Assembly: GCA_964187785.1 (NCBI GenBank)
Contig: OZ076409.1
Location: forward strand, 68,078,001 to 68,142,000
DNA from: Amphiscolops sp. MND2022
Taxonomy: Eukaryota
Reading direction: 5' to 3'
DNA: 64,000 nucleotides
The position numbers and the translations under genes are program-made. Position 1 is the first letter of the stretch, and every line of letters starts with the position of its first letter. Under the pieces are notes generated by a model that saw only the letters and a list, made by a program, of their open reading frames with translations, was not told where the DNA came from and made no database searches. Positions 32,071 to 45,000 of this stretch are shown piece after piece.

Positions 32071-35000
32071 TCAGATATGTAAATTAATGTCCCGGAAGTC
32101 CCTTGGACTAATATGAAATTTCCTTTTACTGGGACTATTCTGACTCAGGATCTTTTTATACAAATATACTGAAAACAACGAAAGAGACCTACTGGCCAAC
32201 AAACAAACTACAAAATAAAATAATAAACAGGAAGAACATTGAACAGTGTATGACAAATTACAAAATAACAGACTAAAGAACAAATGTACAATATGTACAT
32301 TTAAGATTCTGAATAGCTCCACTCCCTTTCGAAGTTCCAGATCCATCAAAGGAGACTTGCGCCGGCTACCAGTTATGGGAGAACCAGACCGGGACCCAGA
32401 TCGACTCGAAGAAGCAGATTTAGGGGACTGATGCAAAGACTTGTAGGTACTCTGGAGGATCTTGTAAATTCCTGCTCTTCCAAATGTATCAACATGAGAC
32501 CAGGGGTCAGCTGCCACGTTCCCAGAGTTAAACTGCGCCTCCAATTCGCGATACTTGATTAAGGCATCCTCATTATTGCAAACGGTAATAGCATCGGGGA
32601 CTCGAGCCAAATAAGACTGGGCAGGCATCAGTACATCGGCCAATCTACACCGAGGACTTTGAGCATCCACATCTTGAAAACGTATTGGCGGCAGCATAGC
32701 AGTATCTTCTGTGAGGCACAAGCAACTCAAGCGAAACAACCGATACAAATGGTATCGACTTCGAAGTTCTGGCATTTAGGACAACACTTCCACCATGTCC
32801 GTAAACCCTTCGGGAGAGTCCTTGAGGAAAGCATAATGCTGACGAAATTGGTCCACAAATTCAGTGTATTCATCCCTGCAGTCGTCCTCTGAAGACCCTT
32901 CAAGCCAACCACGAAGGCTGAAGCTGTTGTATAACGCGGTGAAACAATAGGTGGCCTGCTCCATGGGGAGGGTGAGTAATACGTGGGGGTCGAAACTTGC
33001 AAGGCCCCTGACGATCTCGCCATTTATGCTGTGATGGCTCAAGAACTTCTCAAGGAGAAATACCAAGTAACCTCTCGCTTTGCCAACGAATTTCTCCTCG
33101 CAGTCTTCAATTAACTTGGCCAGGTTGGGTAATGGTCCCTCCTTGTCGCTGTTGTCCCGTTCGACCTTAGCAGTTGCGGCTTGCTCGAGATCCTGTTTGA
33201 GCTTTAGCCTCACTAGAAAATCTCGCGATGAAAGCTGACGAAGGGTCTCGGTGCGTAAAATTGGTAACTGCGTCCAATCAGTGTCCTTAGGTAAGAACTT
33301 CGGCAAAAGGGAACGGTAGCAAAGTTTTCGGACGAAGCTGTTTAATTGCCCGAAAGTGAAGAATCCGGTATCCCTGTGACCCACGAGGCTCCTCTCGAAA
33401 CACTTTTTGTCTAAACAAAGCAAATCACTTGAAAGTACTGTTCACTTAAGCAGGGTAGTCGACTAAGTCTCCAAGGACACGAACACCCTTTTAACTCAGC
33501 AACTATACTTACAGTCATGGATAATCTTGCCGTAGAACTCAAGCTTCACACAAAAGAAATCGTCGCTGATAACCAGCCATTCCAGGCTCTGGGGCTGAAA
33601 GGAAACAACACCCTCATTGAAGTCCGAACTATGCCATTACGAAAAAAGAGATTGGGATTAATAAAACAAAGTGACTTATTACCTTGTTCTTGACTCCACT
33701 CATCTCATAGCTGGGGGCAATTTTATTGATGTGGTCAAGGAATGGCTGCCAGTTTGTGATGATTTCTGAGCAAAGGGCCGGGAGGGAGCGGATTTGCAAC
33801 TCACAATTGGATATGGCCTAGAAAGAAGAATAGGGAGTTAAAATACAGCTATAAAAGTAATGGGCACACGAAAGTTTGCTCCGTTCCGTACCTTGGTCAA
33901 TTCAGGGCAGCTGGCCATCCAGGGCTCATCACGGCTATTGTTTAGGAAAGCGATGAGGTACTTGAGCTGGGTGTAGAAGTCTATACGTCCGAACACGCAA
34001 CCCTCCTTCTGATGCATAACTTCGGGTAAGGACAAGGCCTTGAACCTAAAGGGATACTCGACCCCCTTTTTGAAGATAGGAGCCTGCTCAATCGTCTGAA
34101 GTACTTCTGACGTACAACCCGAGAGGCACGCAATTTGGGGCTCTGCAGACAAGAAGGAGATGAATTGTGCCACAAGTAGCAGTTGACTGGGGCCTGGGTC
34201 AGAAGTCATAGAATATCTGCTCAGCTGTACTTTGACAAGTTTGTCTAATTTCCAATATCGTATGGACAACACACATTGGGTCCCGTGTGGCTCAAATTCC
34301 AATGAGTATGCCCCAGTCCTGTTAACTGACTGCGCGATGTCTTCCATGCCGCGCAAGAAGACATGATGGAAAATCGCCTGAAATGCATACGTACCCTCAA
34401 AGTGATACAAGTCTCGAAAACACATGGTACCTATGCCAATCTGTTAGGAAATGCAGACTACTGATGCGTTTAACTGCTTAGTTGATTCGACAAAAAAAGT
34501 ATGAATCTTATACTCACAGTTAAGGTGAGGGAACTCCAGTCAAGTTGCCGAAAGAGGTCCTGATGGTTGGTAGAGTTGCCGACCTCCGCCCACAGTCCTT
34601 CGAGTACTGTGAGATTGCCGAAATGTGGGATGAGGCGTCCAATGAGGGAGATTTGTGTCGCTAGCCGCACATCCTCAGGGTCTTTCAGTCCGCCAATCCC
34701 GGCCATACAGTCTTCATAAAAAAGGAAACGAGGGCCAATGTCGACTAGGGGATCAGTCATGAACCGGGGCTTCTCCTTCTCCAAATCGCGTGCTGACAAT
34801 ATTCGCCCATCCTTCCCCGGACTGCATGGGTCATAAGACCGGTGTGTTTGTCGATCTGTCCCAGGTGTTCAAACCTCCACCTTTGGTCCTTGCGAAGATG
34901 CGCTTCTGACTGGTAGTGGCGGATTATCTCCCGAGCTCCCTTGGAGTAAATGGAGACGTTCGTTTTACAGATCTGGCAGTAAAATTTGTGTTTATTGTGA

Positions 35001-36244
35001 ACTGGATCAAGAGGTCCAGTTACGAAGATCTTTGTCCATTGTATGCCTTTGAAATATGCGGGCTTCATAATCTTTCCGGGCTTGCTAGCTAACTTCCGCT
35101 TCTTCTTGGGAGGGCTGGACCCTGAAGGGTACTGATGGGAGTCAGAGTGCATTTCGCTTAAGGGCATATAATCACCCTCACTGTATCCAGGACTTGGAAC
35201 GGTATTACAAGCAGTGCTTGTACTAACACTGACTTCCAGTTGTCGCGCCTCGGAAAAACCTGGCCCTGGTGTGGCACTCCGGCTTTCAGTCTGAAGGGTC
35301 GCATCCTCATCTGATGTAATGGCCCCGCTGGTGTATTCATCGGTGGAACACCCACCATTTTCAGGCTCTCCCTCTGAACTTGTGGAGGCCCCTCGTGCTG
35401 GCTTAGCCCCTCGTATCATGCCCTTTCTGAATTGGCTGGGTGTCTGCCTCCCTCCTCCATAAACTGCATGCAAAACTAGAGACCTCATGGCGTGGATTGA
35501 CGATCTGACTGTCTCATCTGAGATGGTCTTTAACACAGCATGTACTTGTGGTTCACTAAAAGAAACCGTCAAGTGGCCCTTTGGGAGCGCTATTGGAGGG
35601 GCGGTGGCAAAATGCTTCCTTAGCTCAGCTCGTCCATTCGCAGAAAATTGTTCGGGTAGTTTTGGATCTTTCACAGTTGGCCCGACAGGAGTTTCTTCGG
35701 TGGCTTTCTTACTGTTACCGGGGGTGTCATTCGGAATTGAGAAGAGTTCTGAGTTGACGATACTGGATGTTGGCCTGTTCTGCACCCCCTCAGCTCCCAT
35801 GCTGTCGTACAACTCCTCAACCTCACTCGCGTCAGTGCTAAAGTAGTCCTTACCATTGTTTGGTGTTGGCTTCTTGATGGCAAAACTGCTTGAGGTTCCT
35901 TGTTTCATTGTTAGGTCAGGTTGTGTTGCAACCAACTCTTTCTGCGGAATATCAGAAGAGGGTGCATCTTGCTGTTCGTCAGTTACCTTTTCAGTTTGGA
36001 TGCTTCCAGCAGGGGGCGGAAGGAACGTAATGTCTAGAGAGGGATCATTGGCAGCTAAGGTCCGCAGTGTTTTGTCGGCATAGAAAGTGAGGCTTCCCTC
36101 AGTATCGCAACTGCTGTTCGACTGGTTCGAAGAAGGACGCTTGTCAATCTGCTCACCAACCGCCTCAGTATGGACTGGTTGGTCGGCCCAAACAACACTG
36201 TTTTCGAACTGTGGTACTTCAGTTGTTGATTCCTCAGTGGTCAT
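32071..36244 (-). pseudogene. Antisense, intron-containing gene in B encoding a BED-type Zn finger / hAT-transposase-like protein (~1200 aa spliced)
   Basis: FYCQIC...RHYQSEAH. GT-AG introns at 34517-34378 (or 34441), 33891-33818, 33682-33595 and 33512-33411 all preserve the frame. One frameshift (~34815) and one in-frame TAA (32776-32778). The 3' end is uncertain. Confidence 0.8.
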
Positions 36245-37465
36245 GTCTAAATAGACAGAAATGAAATCTAGCGGCAAACTTCCTGAAATAAAATCCATTT
36301 ACCGCACTTAAAATCTTCCGGAAGTAGATTTGATTGAACACTTGTGAACACTCGTGTTTGTGGACAGGAAGTACGTGAACTAAATGAGAGCCCTGATCAA
36401 GCCTCAGCTTAGTTCAAAATCGAAACATTCATTGATGAAAAATACGGGATCAACTGACCTGTTTGAAATTCAGAGAATGGGGAATAAGACAAGTAGGTTG
36501 CAGCGAAGTACTGTTGTGAGCTGATTGCTGATTGTGAGGTAGACGAAGAAGGGACTGGATGTCGATTTTCCGTGGTGATCCAGAGAAATCCACAGGGATG
36601 AGGACGTACGGACACTGAGTCCAGGAACGGAGACGGGATGTAATTAGATAGAAAATATAAATAGAAGAGACTTAGAGACTAACTATTGGATAAATACGAG
36701 ACGAATCAATACTGTGATGATCAAACACTGGGTAATATGGAGTAAAGAATTGAAATTGAGCAAGTGAAGAGGTGAATCGGCAAGGTGACAAAATGTCAAA
36801 ATTGGAGTTCGTGGCTATACAGTTTGGTGTCAAATTTGTTGTTATTTACAATTTACGACGTTACGTGGATAGAGTCTGCCAGCGATATCTACATTTCCTT
36901 ATTTATTTCGAAAACTTTGTTATTTTTACAAAATTATTTCATGATTTTATCTTATTTTATTTTTTTTATTGTATTTTCAAGGTCATTTCATATTATTCTT
37001 TATATGGATTTACGACCTTGGGAAGCCATTTTGGCTAGGAAAGTGTTTTACTGTATTCCTATTGGTTGATCAAATTTTTGGTGGACGGCGTGGCCGACTG
37101 CCATAGCTTTGCCCTCTTGAAACCTTCAAGTGTTCGATGAGTGCTAATAAACACTTGAAGTGACACTCTTAATTTGGAGGTGTTGACAAAACTGATATAA
37201 GCCAACAAGGCCGTTGTGGGCGTTATCAAAGAAGGCAAGGCGGATAGATGAAAGATATTACCAAGATGGAATTTGTTGTTGAAAAATTATCCTTCTTAGG
37301 AGACGTAAAACTCCGGGAAACTGAAACGAAGACTCCCGCGAATCGACGGAAGGGGAGACCGCCATTGTTTCACAATCATTCACGACGACCAGTTGGCTAT
37401 TTGAATTAAAACTCAAAAAACTTCTCAAAAGAAATCTCTCAAAAAAAATTGCAAAGAAAATAATT

Positions 37466-38288
37466 ATGGACAGGTTCCTATCAAGTCATTTTGACTCGGA
37501 GTCCCCTGAATACTACCCAGAAGACTTTCAGGGAGCAGCCCCGGGAGACGGGATAATTTGCATATCCAGTGACGATGAAATGGAATGTGCGAGGAGCGCT
37601 TCAGTAGACGACCTAGAATCTCTGTCCGACGATGGTGAAGTGGCCCTACTGGCGGAATGCATCGAAAGACAAATGGAACTCCCATTGGCCTCAGAAAGCA
37701 TTCCGGTACCCTCTTGCTCAAACCAACAAAGAGAAAATCGCGCTGGGACCCCCAGGCTTTCATACATCGCCGGATCTATGTTCGACGCCGGATATTTGAT
37801 CTAGGGATGAGGGCCAGTTGCAAGGGACCCAAGGCTCAGAAATGATCACCCGATCAATATTTGCAGCCAATTAATCCCAATGGTGGACACACCAATGTCG
37901 CCCCCTGCTATGGACAAATACCCTACTGACGACTGGGGGGCAATAGCGGAATCAGCTCCTAGTGATAAACAACAATGCCCAAGTGGAATCCACTTTAAGG
38001 GCCCTAGCGACTTACATCACGGGCTGCACAGACTGCCTCATTTGTGGAAAGTATGTAGAACAGATTCAGGATGAAGCAGTGATCGACTACCTTCATAAGA
38101 CGGCTGTCCGAGGAGAGTCCCCAGAACAATTTAATGCCAGGAGACTAGCATTCTTAGAAGGGATGAAGGTGGGCTGCTTCATGCTAATTCCAGGGGGAGT
38201 GTCCCAGGCGTCCGCCTGTGATGGCAACTTGTATTCTATTTGCCATAACTATCAAAAAGCCCTACCAAACACGATCCATTTGAATTGA
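37466..38288 (+). pseudogene. Element B sense accessory ORF3 (~270 codons, disrupted), running across the PPT into the 3' LTR
   Basis: ORFs at 37466 and 37880 are in the same frame, separated by two stops. A frameshift then leads to 37962-38288 (GCTDCLICG). Acidic N-terminus. Confidence 0.55.
38192..38199 (+). other. Polypurine tract of B
   Basis: agggggag immediately before the TGTCCC of the 3' LTR. Confidence 0.75.
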
Positions 38289-39696
38289 AACATTTGAAAT
38301 AAACTGCATTTATACCTTAGAAGTCATGTAATTTATCTATTCTGAATGTAAAATATCATTTAGTGATGATTTAATATTACGTAATACTAGTGTTAATTTG
38401 TACGTTGCTGGCAAATTGGACACCAAGGCGTACAGGTAAAGGTTCAAATGTTTCCTCGCCTGTCGCCTTGGACAGCAAGTCTAAATGATTCTTGACCAAT
38501 CAGAGCGCAGTATTTGATTAACCAGTGCTCTCATTCAAACTGTACGCAGCGCTTCAATTAAAGGACTTGACGGCCATATGCCGCCTGTCGACAAACAAAT
38601 AAGCACTGCCGCGTCCATTGGACGCTGAGTCCACTTTTGAATTAAAGGTGCTGAATGATGAATACAATTACTCAGAACTTAGAAAAGCCTTTGATTTCTC
38701 ATGAAATGGATACATAGTGTCGAAAGACCGCATGGTAATAAAATGTTGCGTGCTGTTAATAAGTCTCATGCAAGATAATGGGACGCATGTAATTTGCTTA
38801 TGTATATGTGTGCTGTTAATATGCTTTCTAGACGCATAGGCTTCCCGCCAACAAGTTACCTGTCGGGAAACCTCCTTTGAAGTCACTTGCATCATAATGA
38901 TGTCAATAGCTAGTTGTTGCTATTTTTAGAATTGTTACTATTTTTAGAAAGCCCTTAAGGCTTTTTTTAGAATATGACAACTCATATTCTGACTGTCATG
39001 TAGGTTTTAATATATATAGCCGGGACATTCAGTCCCGGGGACACAAGTTGTGAAAAGCTACATGTTAAAGTTACTTGTTACAGTAATATCACGTTGTATT
39101 TGCAAGTTAAAAGATAATTAACATCTTTACCTTGTGACAATTTCTTATGCCTTCCACAAGAAGACAAAAGGCAAAGGCCAGGAAATCTAGAGAAATGGAC
39201 ATGATGCCCGACTTTGAAAACTTAGACGTAATGTTGGGAAATATCAACAATAACCCCATAGAAAGGGAATTAGCTGAAGCAATAGATCAGTCGTCGACCC
39301 ATGAGGACGCTGATACAAACGCATACCAAGAAAACGAGTATAGAAAATACTTGCATGAAAATGACCTGCTAAGACAAAATGAGGTCAGGCAGTCCTTTGA
39401 GACTTTCTCAAATGAATTCAATCTTAGACTCAAGAGTTGGATTCAATGATGTCTATGATGCATAGTCAAATAAATAAATAGAGCTGTTACGACAGCTATA
39501 GCTGAAAGAGTCATTCCAGAAATCCAAAACATTGTTAGTTCAATGTCATCTTCAGGGAACAGGGACACTGAGGCCAGCATGTCTCCTGGTAGTCAGGAAA
39601 ATAAGGAAAGTTCATCCGGGTTGAATTCGAAGATAACAAAAAAGGACTCAAGGTCTGTTGGTGATTTGAGAGACACCGCACCTAGTAGTCATTACA
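38200..39696 (+). repeat. Element B 3' LTR (~1.5 kb; contains the gag N-terminal coding sequence from 39147)
   Basis: Homology with the 5' LTR ends exactly at ...cattaCA, followed by the TSD CTTGG. Confidence 0.92.
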
Positions 39697-40149
39697 CTTG
39701 GGAATCTGTACACATCTGTAAGCCAATTTTCCTTGAGAATCTGTAACGATCGTGCCACTGCTACGTAAGGAAAACTGCAGATCTGTAAGGATCTTTAAAG
39801 ATTTTCAAAGTTTTTCTGTACAGATTTTTCAGGTAAATTTTTCCAGAACTTCTAGTGTAACTATGTATTTCATCTTTGAGCTTCTTCAAGAGTTATGTTC
39901 GCTGACCAAGGGTCAGTCAGTTGAAACTCTCCATCACTCAAAATTCTCTAACAGGAGAGCTTGTCCCCATCACGGTAATTTTGGTATTTGGGGAATGTTC
40001 GGTTTAGGTTATACAGAGTAATTTACTAAAATCACTTCAGAAGTGGTTGTTCAACTACGAGAGGCTCGTTTGCCATATTGACTTAGTTTTGGATGTTTTG
40101 GATGATTAGACATGTGGCCACCGTGTGGGTTGATAGAGGTGTTAAAATG

Positions 40150-40660
40150 GCTGCTTTTGGCCAATTTTGGGTTAATTTTGGCTATTTTTTTTACATCCCA
40201 GCAATACGAATTTGATGAAATTGCACATAAAGGACCATAATATAGCGTAAAAAAACTGTAGAAAATTTCGTTCGAATCGTATGGACAGTTTTTGAGAAAA
40301 TCGGAAAAAATCGAAAAATGACTTTTTTTGTCCATTTTTGGGCTCACTTTGGCTACGTTTCTCACATCCCAGCCGTACGATTTTGATGCCATTGCACACA
40401 TAGGACTCTAATACGGTGTAGAATGGCTGTAGAAAATTCCGTTCGAATCGTATGGACAGTTTTTGAGAAAATCGAAAAAAAGTCGAAAAATGACTGTTTT
40501 TGGGCTAATTTTGGCCATTTTTTGATCTAATTTTGGCTATGTTTCTTACATTCCAGTCATACGATTTTAATGCCTTTGCGCACGCAGAGGCCCCTTTGGG
40601 TGTAGAATGACTGTGCAAAATTTTAGGAAAATCGTATGGACAGTTTTTGAGGTATTTAAA
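40150..40660. repeat. Diverged ~170-185-bp tandem repeat, about 3 units
   Basis: aatcgtatggacagtttttgag recurs at 40275, 40446 and 40630 with similar flanks. Confidence 0.75.
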
Positions 40661-42049
40661 ATTTTCATGAAAAGGTCGGGAGAAAAAAAAAAAAAAACGA
40701 GACGATTGCATAAGTAGTCAAAAATTTTTTCGACTCCTAAAAATGCAAGGGGGTCCCTTTGGTAAGAAAATTTTCGATTAAAGTCCCATAATACCAAAAA
40801 AATAGAAGGGGACCCTTTAGTCTCTCCTGTATTGTATGGTACTGGGAAAAAAGGAAAAACTTTTTTGGCTAAGCTCGGGCCAAATGGTTCAATTTGACAC
40901 CATAAAATTTTGTGGAACTTTTAAGAACTATTCTGGTCAGTTCGTGTGGATTGAAAAAAAAGCCACTAGTATAGTCGCGTTTCACTTCATGAAACGCGCA
41001 CTAAAAAAGACTAAATAAACTAATTGTTACATGATTGCGTTTAGGGCAATTCGTTATAATAGCGTAAAATGTCCCCCTCCAGTTTTTCTGAGCGACTTTT
41101 TTGAAGAAAAATAGATTATAGTTGGTTCCATTTTGCTTCTTGATGTTTTGAGTAGGCCAAAAATTGTTTCCGAGGCTCCTTTTGGGTATCTTTGCTCTAT
41201 TAAAAAGTGAGATTTTCTTTCTGAAAACGCCCTGAGCATTTTTCAAAGAATTTGCTTACTTGAGACATTCCCGTCTTGTTCAACGCAAACTAGTCAGATC
41301 CAACAGTAAACCATGTAGTGAAAACATGTTGCTTCAGAAATTGCAAGCGAATTAAACTGCTTTCAACAATTTCCACCAAAAACTTCTTCTGAACGTTGTC
41401 ACCGAAAGTAAAAGGAAACCAAATATAGATGGAATGAAGTCTCAAGAAGTCTCTAAAGGACGGTTTCCATCATGTAAGCAGGTTCGACGCCTCTTTGAAA
41501 GTTCAAAGAGAGTTATGTGTTTTAGAGATGCGAAAGAGCACTTTTATGAAAATTTTTATCGCATTTATTGTCGTGCGAAAAAAACTACTTTCCCCCTAAC
41601 TCGAAACATCAAAACACCAAGCATTTTGTAAAGAAACGATTTTTTCGAAAAAGTTTCAGAGTGCTGAAAAAGTCAAAAAAGATCCCGTTTTAGTTTGCAA
41701 AACGTTTTTTCCAAGCCAAACATTTTTAACGAATGAAGAGGATGCTCTCGGACATCCTGGAGAAATTTCTTACACAATTTTCGAGAAACCTCTGACCAGT
41801 CACACAGGCCAAAAAATAACCAAATAGGTCACTCTTAACACTCAGAGAATTGTGGCCAAGTGGCGGGAACCAGCTCGAATTTACTGAGTCAACTTATAGA
41901 GTTCGCAGGTCTTTAAAAAACTACTTTTATACTAGGCTTTTTCTTGCGAAAAAAATTCTTCAATTTTTTCGATGAAGTGTTTGACAAATTCACTCGACTC
42001 TAGCAACTTTTGAAACGTTTTACTATTGACAGATTCCTGGCAATACGTG

Positions 42050-45000
42050 TCGTGAAACTAATTTTTTAAAGGATCTACCAAAGGAATAAATAATCATCAA
42101 CACTCAATATTCAATCGCCTTACCCTGTTGAACAATGCCTGAAAAAGGCAATGCTTTTCCGTATCAAATCGTCGGAGGAACTGGAGAAAAACTTCCCACA
42201 AAAGCGACAGAGTGTCGAAGAAACCACCTGAGGCTGATGCCGTTTTTGTTGGTTTGGTGAAAGTGATAGAGAAGTGAAAGTGACCGAACCGTAACCATTG
42301 AATCATGGCTGCCAACGCGGGGATTGTACAAAAAGTACATTCATATGTTCAGTCTAAACTCTAAACCTTCAAAGTTATGTTAGCTTCTTGCACTTTTTGA
42401 TTTTGTTCACACTTAATTATACGTTACTTTAAAGTCACGTTTTACTAAACCAATTTTGGTGGCCAATGTTAACAACTCTCATTCGAAAGAAAAACGAACC
42501 AATGCTTTTCGGAAAAAAGGCTTGCTGAACTACCTCAAAACAAGCTTATAAAAAAACTGCTGATGTTCTAAGAATATTTGAGTTCTCGGAAAAAAACAAA
42601 AGGTACATATTTTCCTTGATTCCTACTCGAACAATCAAAGCTCAAAGCAAAGTGATAACTTGAATCAGTGAAAAGTCAAGAAGTGAAAGTCAAGAATTCC
42701 ATTCTTTCAAAGTATTTCCGCTTCTTCGAAAAAATTGCAGTTCAAAGATCTGTCTCGTGACGAACAACCTTGACCTGAAAGTTTTTAAAGTATCCAAAGA
42801 TTGGTAATTGCTGTTGGCTAGGGATCCACCAACTCGGATAACTTGGTTTTCTTTGTCGAAGAAAGGAACTAGGGAATTTGGTGAGCCCTTGCAGGGCGAA
42901 GTTTTACCTTAACGAAGGACTTCAAATTCCGGTATATGATATCTTTGGACGGTTCGGAAGATCGAAAGTCTAGCTTTTTCAAGTTCGTCGACAGATTGGG
43001 TTATTATTGGGTTTGTGAGGGATGGACGGCGAGGTCTTCTTTCTTCTTTTGGCTGTTTTGTTTGTGTCACACCGTAAACAAACCGAAGGACAAATGCGAA
43101 CACTTTGCTGCCATGACAATGGGAAGGTCGGCGGTTTTTCAAACCTCCAAGATTGCGGGTCAACTGGTTTGCTGGTGAGGTTTCAATGCAGTTGATGGTT
43201 CTTCTTCTTCTTCTTCTTCTTCTTCTTCTACTTCTCCGTCGTCTTCTTCTTCTTCTTCTTCTTCTTCGTCTTCTTCTTTTTTGTTTTCTTCAACAGGGTG
43301 GCCGTTGTTGTCGAGTGCGTGTTGCAGTTGAATCGAAAAGTTTTCAGTCATCTTGTTGTTCGCAGGCTGGCAGGCTAACAACCGTATGTAGTTCGCTGTT
43401 TGGCCCCTTGTATGTTTCATTGCTTACAATCGTTTGCCTGTAGTACTCATCATCTTCATGGGATCATTGGAGTCTCTGAGGCTTTCTTTTGGCAGAATTA
43501 TGTCTTATTTGGGACACGCTGAAGCTTGCATGCGCAGCCATTTGGGTCTTTGCCACACGAGTTGGTGATCTTCAAGATTTTGAAGCGACATACTTCTGCT
43601 GGCGCAGTCGGAAGTGTTCGAGTCGGAGGGAACGTGATTCCATTTTTCTGCTGAGACTGGTGTTTGGATCTTCGCCACGCGGTTGCCGACAAACGTTTTG
43701 CAACAACTCGAATTTTTATCCGAGCCATATTGACAGTGGAACCAGTCAAAGCAAAGACTTCAACAATCAAAACCCTTTCGTCGTCGAGAGCGTTGCTGGT
43801 GGATTGAATCAATTATGCTCTCCAAAGAGCTGCACAGAGGTCTAGTCTAGGAACCAAATGGCTTTGATAGGGGCCACTCTGGTTTTGGCCACGAGGAGTT
43901 GACACCTGAAGTGTCCTTGAAAGATGGGTTGCCGGATGTATGCGGTTGCGGCGTAGGCGGTTATTGAGGCGTCACAAAGGATGTGAAGTTGTAGAGGTTT
44001 TTCTTATAAAAGCGTGTTCTTATCCCAGAACGCAGCTCAGGATATGGACATCTTCGATTGACTTGAGATTGTGACGGAGGTTCTAAAACTGTTGCGACAA
44101 TTTCTGATTGGTGGGACATCCCGGAGCGGTTGATTCACCAAAGTGCTTGGGTAAATGAGTTCAGTTGGATGTTGATTGGCGAGGGGAGTTACAAAGGGTC
44201 ACTTCGGGCAGAACTTGTCTATTGGTTTGTGGGGATCCTTCTGATGGTTTGACGTTGCAGGTAAAGTGTCGCGTTTGGATTCCAGTCGACACCCGCATGT
44301 GTTTTGATGAAATATTCTTTGGCTTGTATGTGCTTGGTGTCTGCTGTTTCCCGATAGCTTTCGGGGAAAGCGATCGACGAGTGAAAAATCACTGGAGGAT
44401 CACCTGAGAAGTGGGAAACCAGCTGGAGCAAGATGTTCGAAACGAGCAGCTTGCAATCATTTGGCTACCATCTGGGAGGACGCTCCGGTTTGTAGGTCGT
44501 CGACATACATGTCGAAATTCACGGCGAAAGAGGCAGGAAGGTGCTTGATTGTCTTGGCTAGCTGTAAGAGGAGTAGCTTGGCATGAAATCCGGCATGAAA
44601 TGTAGCATTTGGCGGTACATTTTGACGATATCAGCTGACAAAGCCACCTTGTGGAATCAGAATCTGGTCAAGGTCTGAAAAAGATCCTTTTGGACCTTTG
44701 GACCGAGCATCAGATTATCGTCGAGTGACACTCCGGAAGTCGAATTCGCCGCAGCGTCGGAAACATTGTCAAAAAGAAGCAGGGGTGTGGCAGATAAAAC
44801 CTTTTCGATGGGGATTTCGGAGTCTGGAATACTCTCCATGTGTCCCAGATCCAGGAAATTTTTGATAGAGGCTGCGTTTCTGGCGTAAAGACTTTCATTT
44901 CAAATAAGTTGGCAGAGAAGTGTGTAGAAGCGGCGTTTTGCTTGTTGGAACGAATCGCCGAGAGGTGTGGCGTTTTCCTTGAACGTTAGTTTGACAACGA

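Larger units (their letters stand above)
5465..39696 (+). mobile_element. Element B: non-autonomous Ty3/Gypsy LTR retrotransposon, interrupted by element A
   Basis: TG...CA termini. Perfect 5-bp TSD CTTGG at 5460-5464 and 39697-39701. ~1.5-kb LTRs, PBS after the 5' LTR, PPT before the 3' LTR, gag with CCHC knuckles, and an integrase. Confidence 0.93.

Noticed and set aside
32071..36302. Independent hAT DNA transposon nested in B
   Set aside because: No TIRs or 8-bp TSD seen, no clear DDE triad, and a homolog lies at the same position in D. Disfavoured but not fully excluded.
40150..40660. CRISPR-like array
   Set aside because: The sequences between the conserved cores are homologous to each other and too long, there are no cas genes, and the context is eukaryotic.
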